The position numbers were made by a program, and so were the translations under genes. From contig NZ_JAEDAM010000040.1 of assembly GCF_018420025.1 (NCBI RefSeq), positions 1-8,435 of the forward strand: 8,435 nucleotides of DNA. The letters run 5' to 3'. The notes beneath the pieces are model-generated. The model saw nothing but the letters and a program-made list of their open reading frames with translations. It had not been told where the DNA came from and did no database searches. This DNA is from Candidatus Vampirococcus lugosii (GTDB lineage Bacteria > Patescibacteriota > Gracilibacteria > Absconditabacterales > Absconditicoccaceae). The first letter of the stretch is position 1, and every line of letters starts with the position of its first letter. This document shows positions 7,753-8,435 of this stretch, piece by piece.

Positions 7753-7787
7753 TAAGAATAGTTATAATATATATATATATATTTATA
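7726..7787. repeat. right copy of the 62-bp inverted repeat (partner at 59-120)
   Basis: 61/62 identical to the reverse complement of 59-120. It covers the last 8 sense codons and the stop of the pseudouridine synthase gene. Its 9-bp hairpin (7728-7736 pairs with 7746-7754) encloses the TAG stop. An (AT)8 tract lies at 7767-7782. Confidence 0.9.
7741..7768 (+). promoter_or_regulatory. promoter-like element inside the right repeat (-35 TTACTT, 16-nt spacer, -10 TATAAT)
   Basis: Mirror of the element at 78-105. The single repeat mismatch falls in the -35 hexamer (TTACTT here, TTGCTT in the left copy). It fires toward the transposase remnant in antisense, with no obvious downstream plus-strand gene. 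Confidence 0.25.
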
Positions 7788-7817
7788 TACTAAAAACATT
7801 TACTAATATTAGTATAA

Positions 7818-8222
7818 TTATCTAATTATTTGAATTTTATTATTCAACAAACTAGATAATTTTTCCTTAAAAGTTAAATTAAATTCTCAGCAAATAGCCT
7901 TAATTTTTTCTATAAAATCAAGAAAATTAGGAGTATATGTATTTTTTAATACTTTTTTTAAAAATTTCCAAACTCTTTCTATTAAATTTAAATTAGGTGA
8001 ATATGGCGGTAAATAACACAGTTTTATTCACAGTTTTTCAGCTAAAATTTGAACTTCTTTAGCATGATTATATTTAGCATTATCTAAAATAATTACTATT
8101 TTTTTTCAGTTTCTGTACTCATTTCTAATTTTATCTCATCTTTGTAGAAAAAAATTTCTAAATTCTTGATTTAGACAAGGATTTGCAAGAAAATAAAAAT
8201 AGATTTGTGTACTACACAAATT
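7818..8222 (-). pseudogene. IS630/Tc1-mariner-type DDE (DDE_3) transposase, C-terminal fragment
   Basis: The minus-strand frame is open from 8222 to TAA at 7820-7818. Translation: ...EFRNFFLQRGDKIRNEYRNGKKIVIILDNAKYNHAKEVQILAEKLGIKLCYLPPYSPNLNLIERVWKFLKKKVLKNTYTPNF.... The ILDNA..H block (second catalytic Asp) and the LPPYSP.LN.IE..W block (third acidic residue) are hallmarks of this family. There is no Met anywhere in the frame and an in-frame TAA at 8225-8223. The HTH region and first catalytic Asp are missing. Confidence 0.7.
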
Positions 8223-8435
8223 TTATTTTAAATAATTTAAATAATTTTTCTTGAAGTTCATTTATTTGTTCTACTTTATTTATATGTATATTATCTATTT
8301 TAAAGTAAACTTTACTTAAATTTTTTAATTCAGTTAATAATGTATCTAATGTATATTCTTGTAATAAATCTTTAACTTTTAATCTAAAATCTTGAAGTAA
8401 ATAATAACTAATAAAACACATAAAAATATGTCATT
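8212..8435 (-). CDS. unknown ORF, partial or 69 aa
   Basis: The minus-strand frame is open from the window edge (TGA=Gly at 8433-8431) or from ATG 8421-8419, ending at TAG 8214-8212. Translation: (GHIF)MCFISYYLLQDFRLKVKDLLQEYTLDTLLTELKNLSKVYFKIDNIHINKVEQINELQEKLFKLFKIKFV. I recognise no family. It could be a decayed upstream piece of the transposase or the end of an unrelated gene. Confidence 0.35.

Noticed and set aside
59-7787. The inverted repeat pair read as the ends of a composite transposon or as IS terminal inverted repeats.
   Set aside because: The sequence left of the left copy (1-58) has no similarity to the sequence right of the right copy (7788 onward), where the transposase remnant lies. 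The bracketed genes are core housekeeping genes (tig, ybaB, recX, rsuA-type). The repeats overlap gene 3' ends rather than flanking a transposase.
1-8435. The alternative reading TGA=Trp (table 4, Mycoplasma/Spiroplasma type).
   Set aside because: TGA falls on invariant Gly positions (GFRxGxxP, SHGLLLLTN, EGKNRH, SRxxGGxH, the YbaB Gly-rich tail). Trp there would give absurd sequences such as MMWWGWAWWS. Conserved Trp positions use TGG.
7818-8435. The idea that 8212-8435 and 7818-8222 form one transposase joined by a programmed frameshift near 8212-8222.
   Set aside because: The upstream ORF's C-terminus (…ELQEKLFKLFKIKFV) does not resemble the region expected between the first and second catalytic Asp of DDE_3 enzymes. 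About 40-50 residues, including the first Asp, would still be missing. Truncation or internal deletion explains this better. A weak resemblance of LLQEYTLDTLLTELKNL to the transposase helix-turn-helix linker is not enough.

Overview
This is a very AT-rich (roughly 20% GC by eye) bacterial chromosomal segment. It only makes sense if TGA is read as glycine (NCBI translation table 25, the SR1/Absconditabacteria and Gracilibacteria code). Under the standard code used for the supplied ORF track, the window looks almost non-coding: the longest ORF is 144 aa and lies on the wrong strand. After hand re-translation with TGA=Gly it is about 85-90% coding, with eight complete genes. On the minus strand: a hypothetical protein (54-809), ybaB/ebfC (1052-1402), trigger factor tig (1435-2643), a 460-aa signal-peptide protein with 20-aa acidic tandem repeats (2816-4198), and a PAP2 lipid phosphatase (6157-6801). 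On the plus strand: a zinc-ribbon protein with three C-terminal TM helices (4405-5634), recX (5727-6155), and an S4-domain RsuA/RluB-type pseudouridine synthase (6955-7752). The right end carries a start-less C-terminal fragment of an IS630/Tc1-mariner-type DDE transposase (7818-8222) and a partial unknown ORF. Other structure: (1) a 62-bp inverted repeat pair, 61/62 identical (59-120 and 7726-7787), that brackets the whole 7.6-kb gene block and carries a hairpin, a promoter-like -35/-10 and an (AT)8 tract; (2) an in-frame 60-bp tandem repeat of about 3 copies (3751-3934); (3) a textbook TTGACA-17-TATAAT promoter (4342-4370); (4) recurring AT-only leader motifs upstream of plus-strand genes; (5) no Shine-Dalgarno sequences. 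I saw no rRNA, tRNA, CRISPR array or recognisable defence or secretion system. The hidden signal is the recoding itself, plus two lineage-specific envelope proteins and the bracketing repeat.
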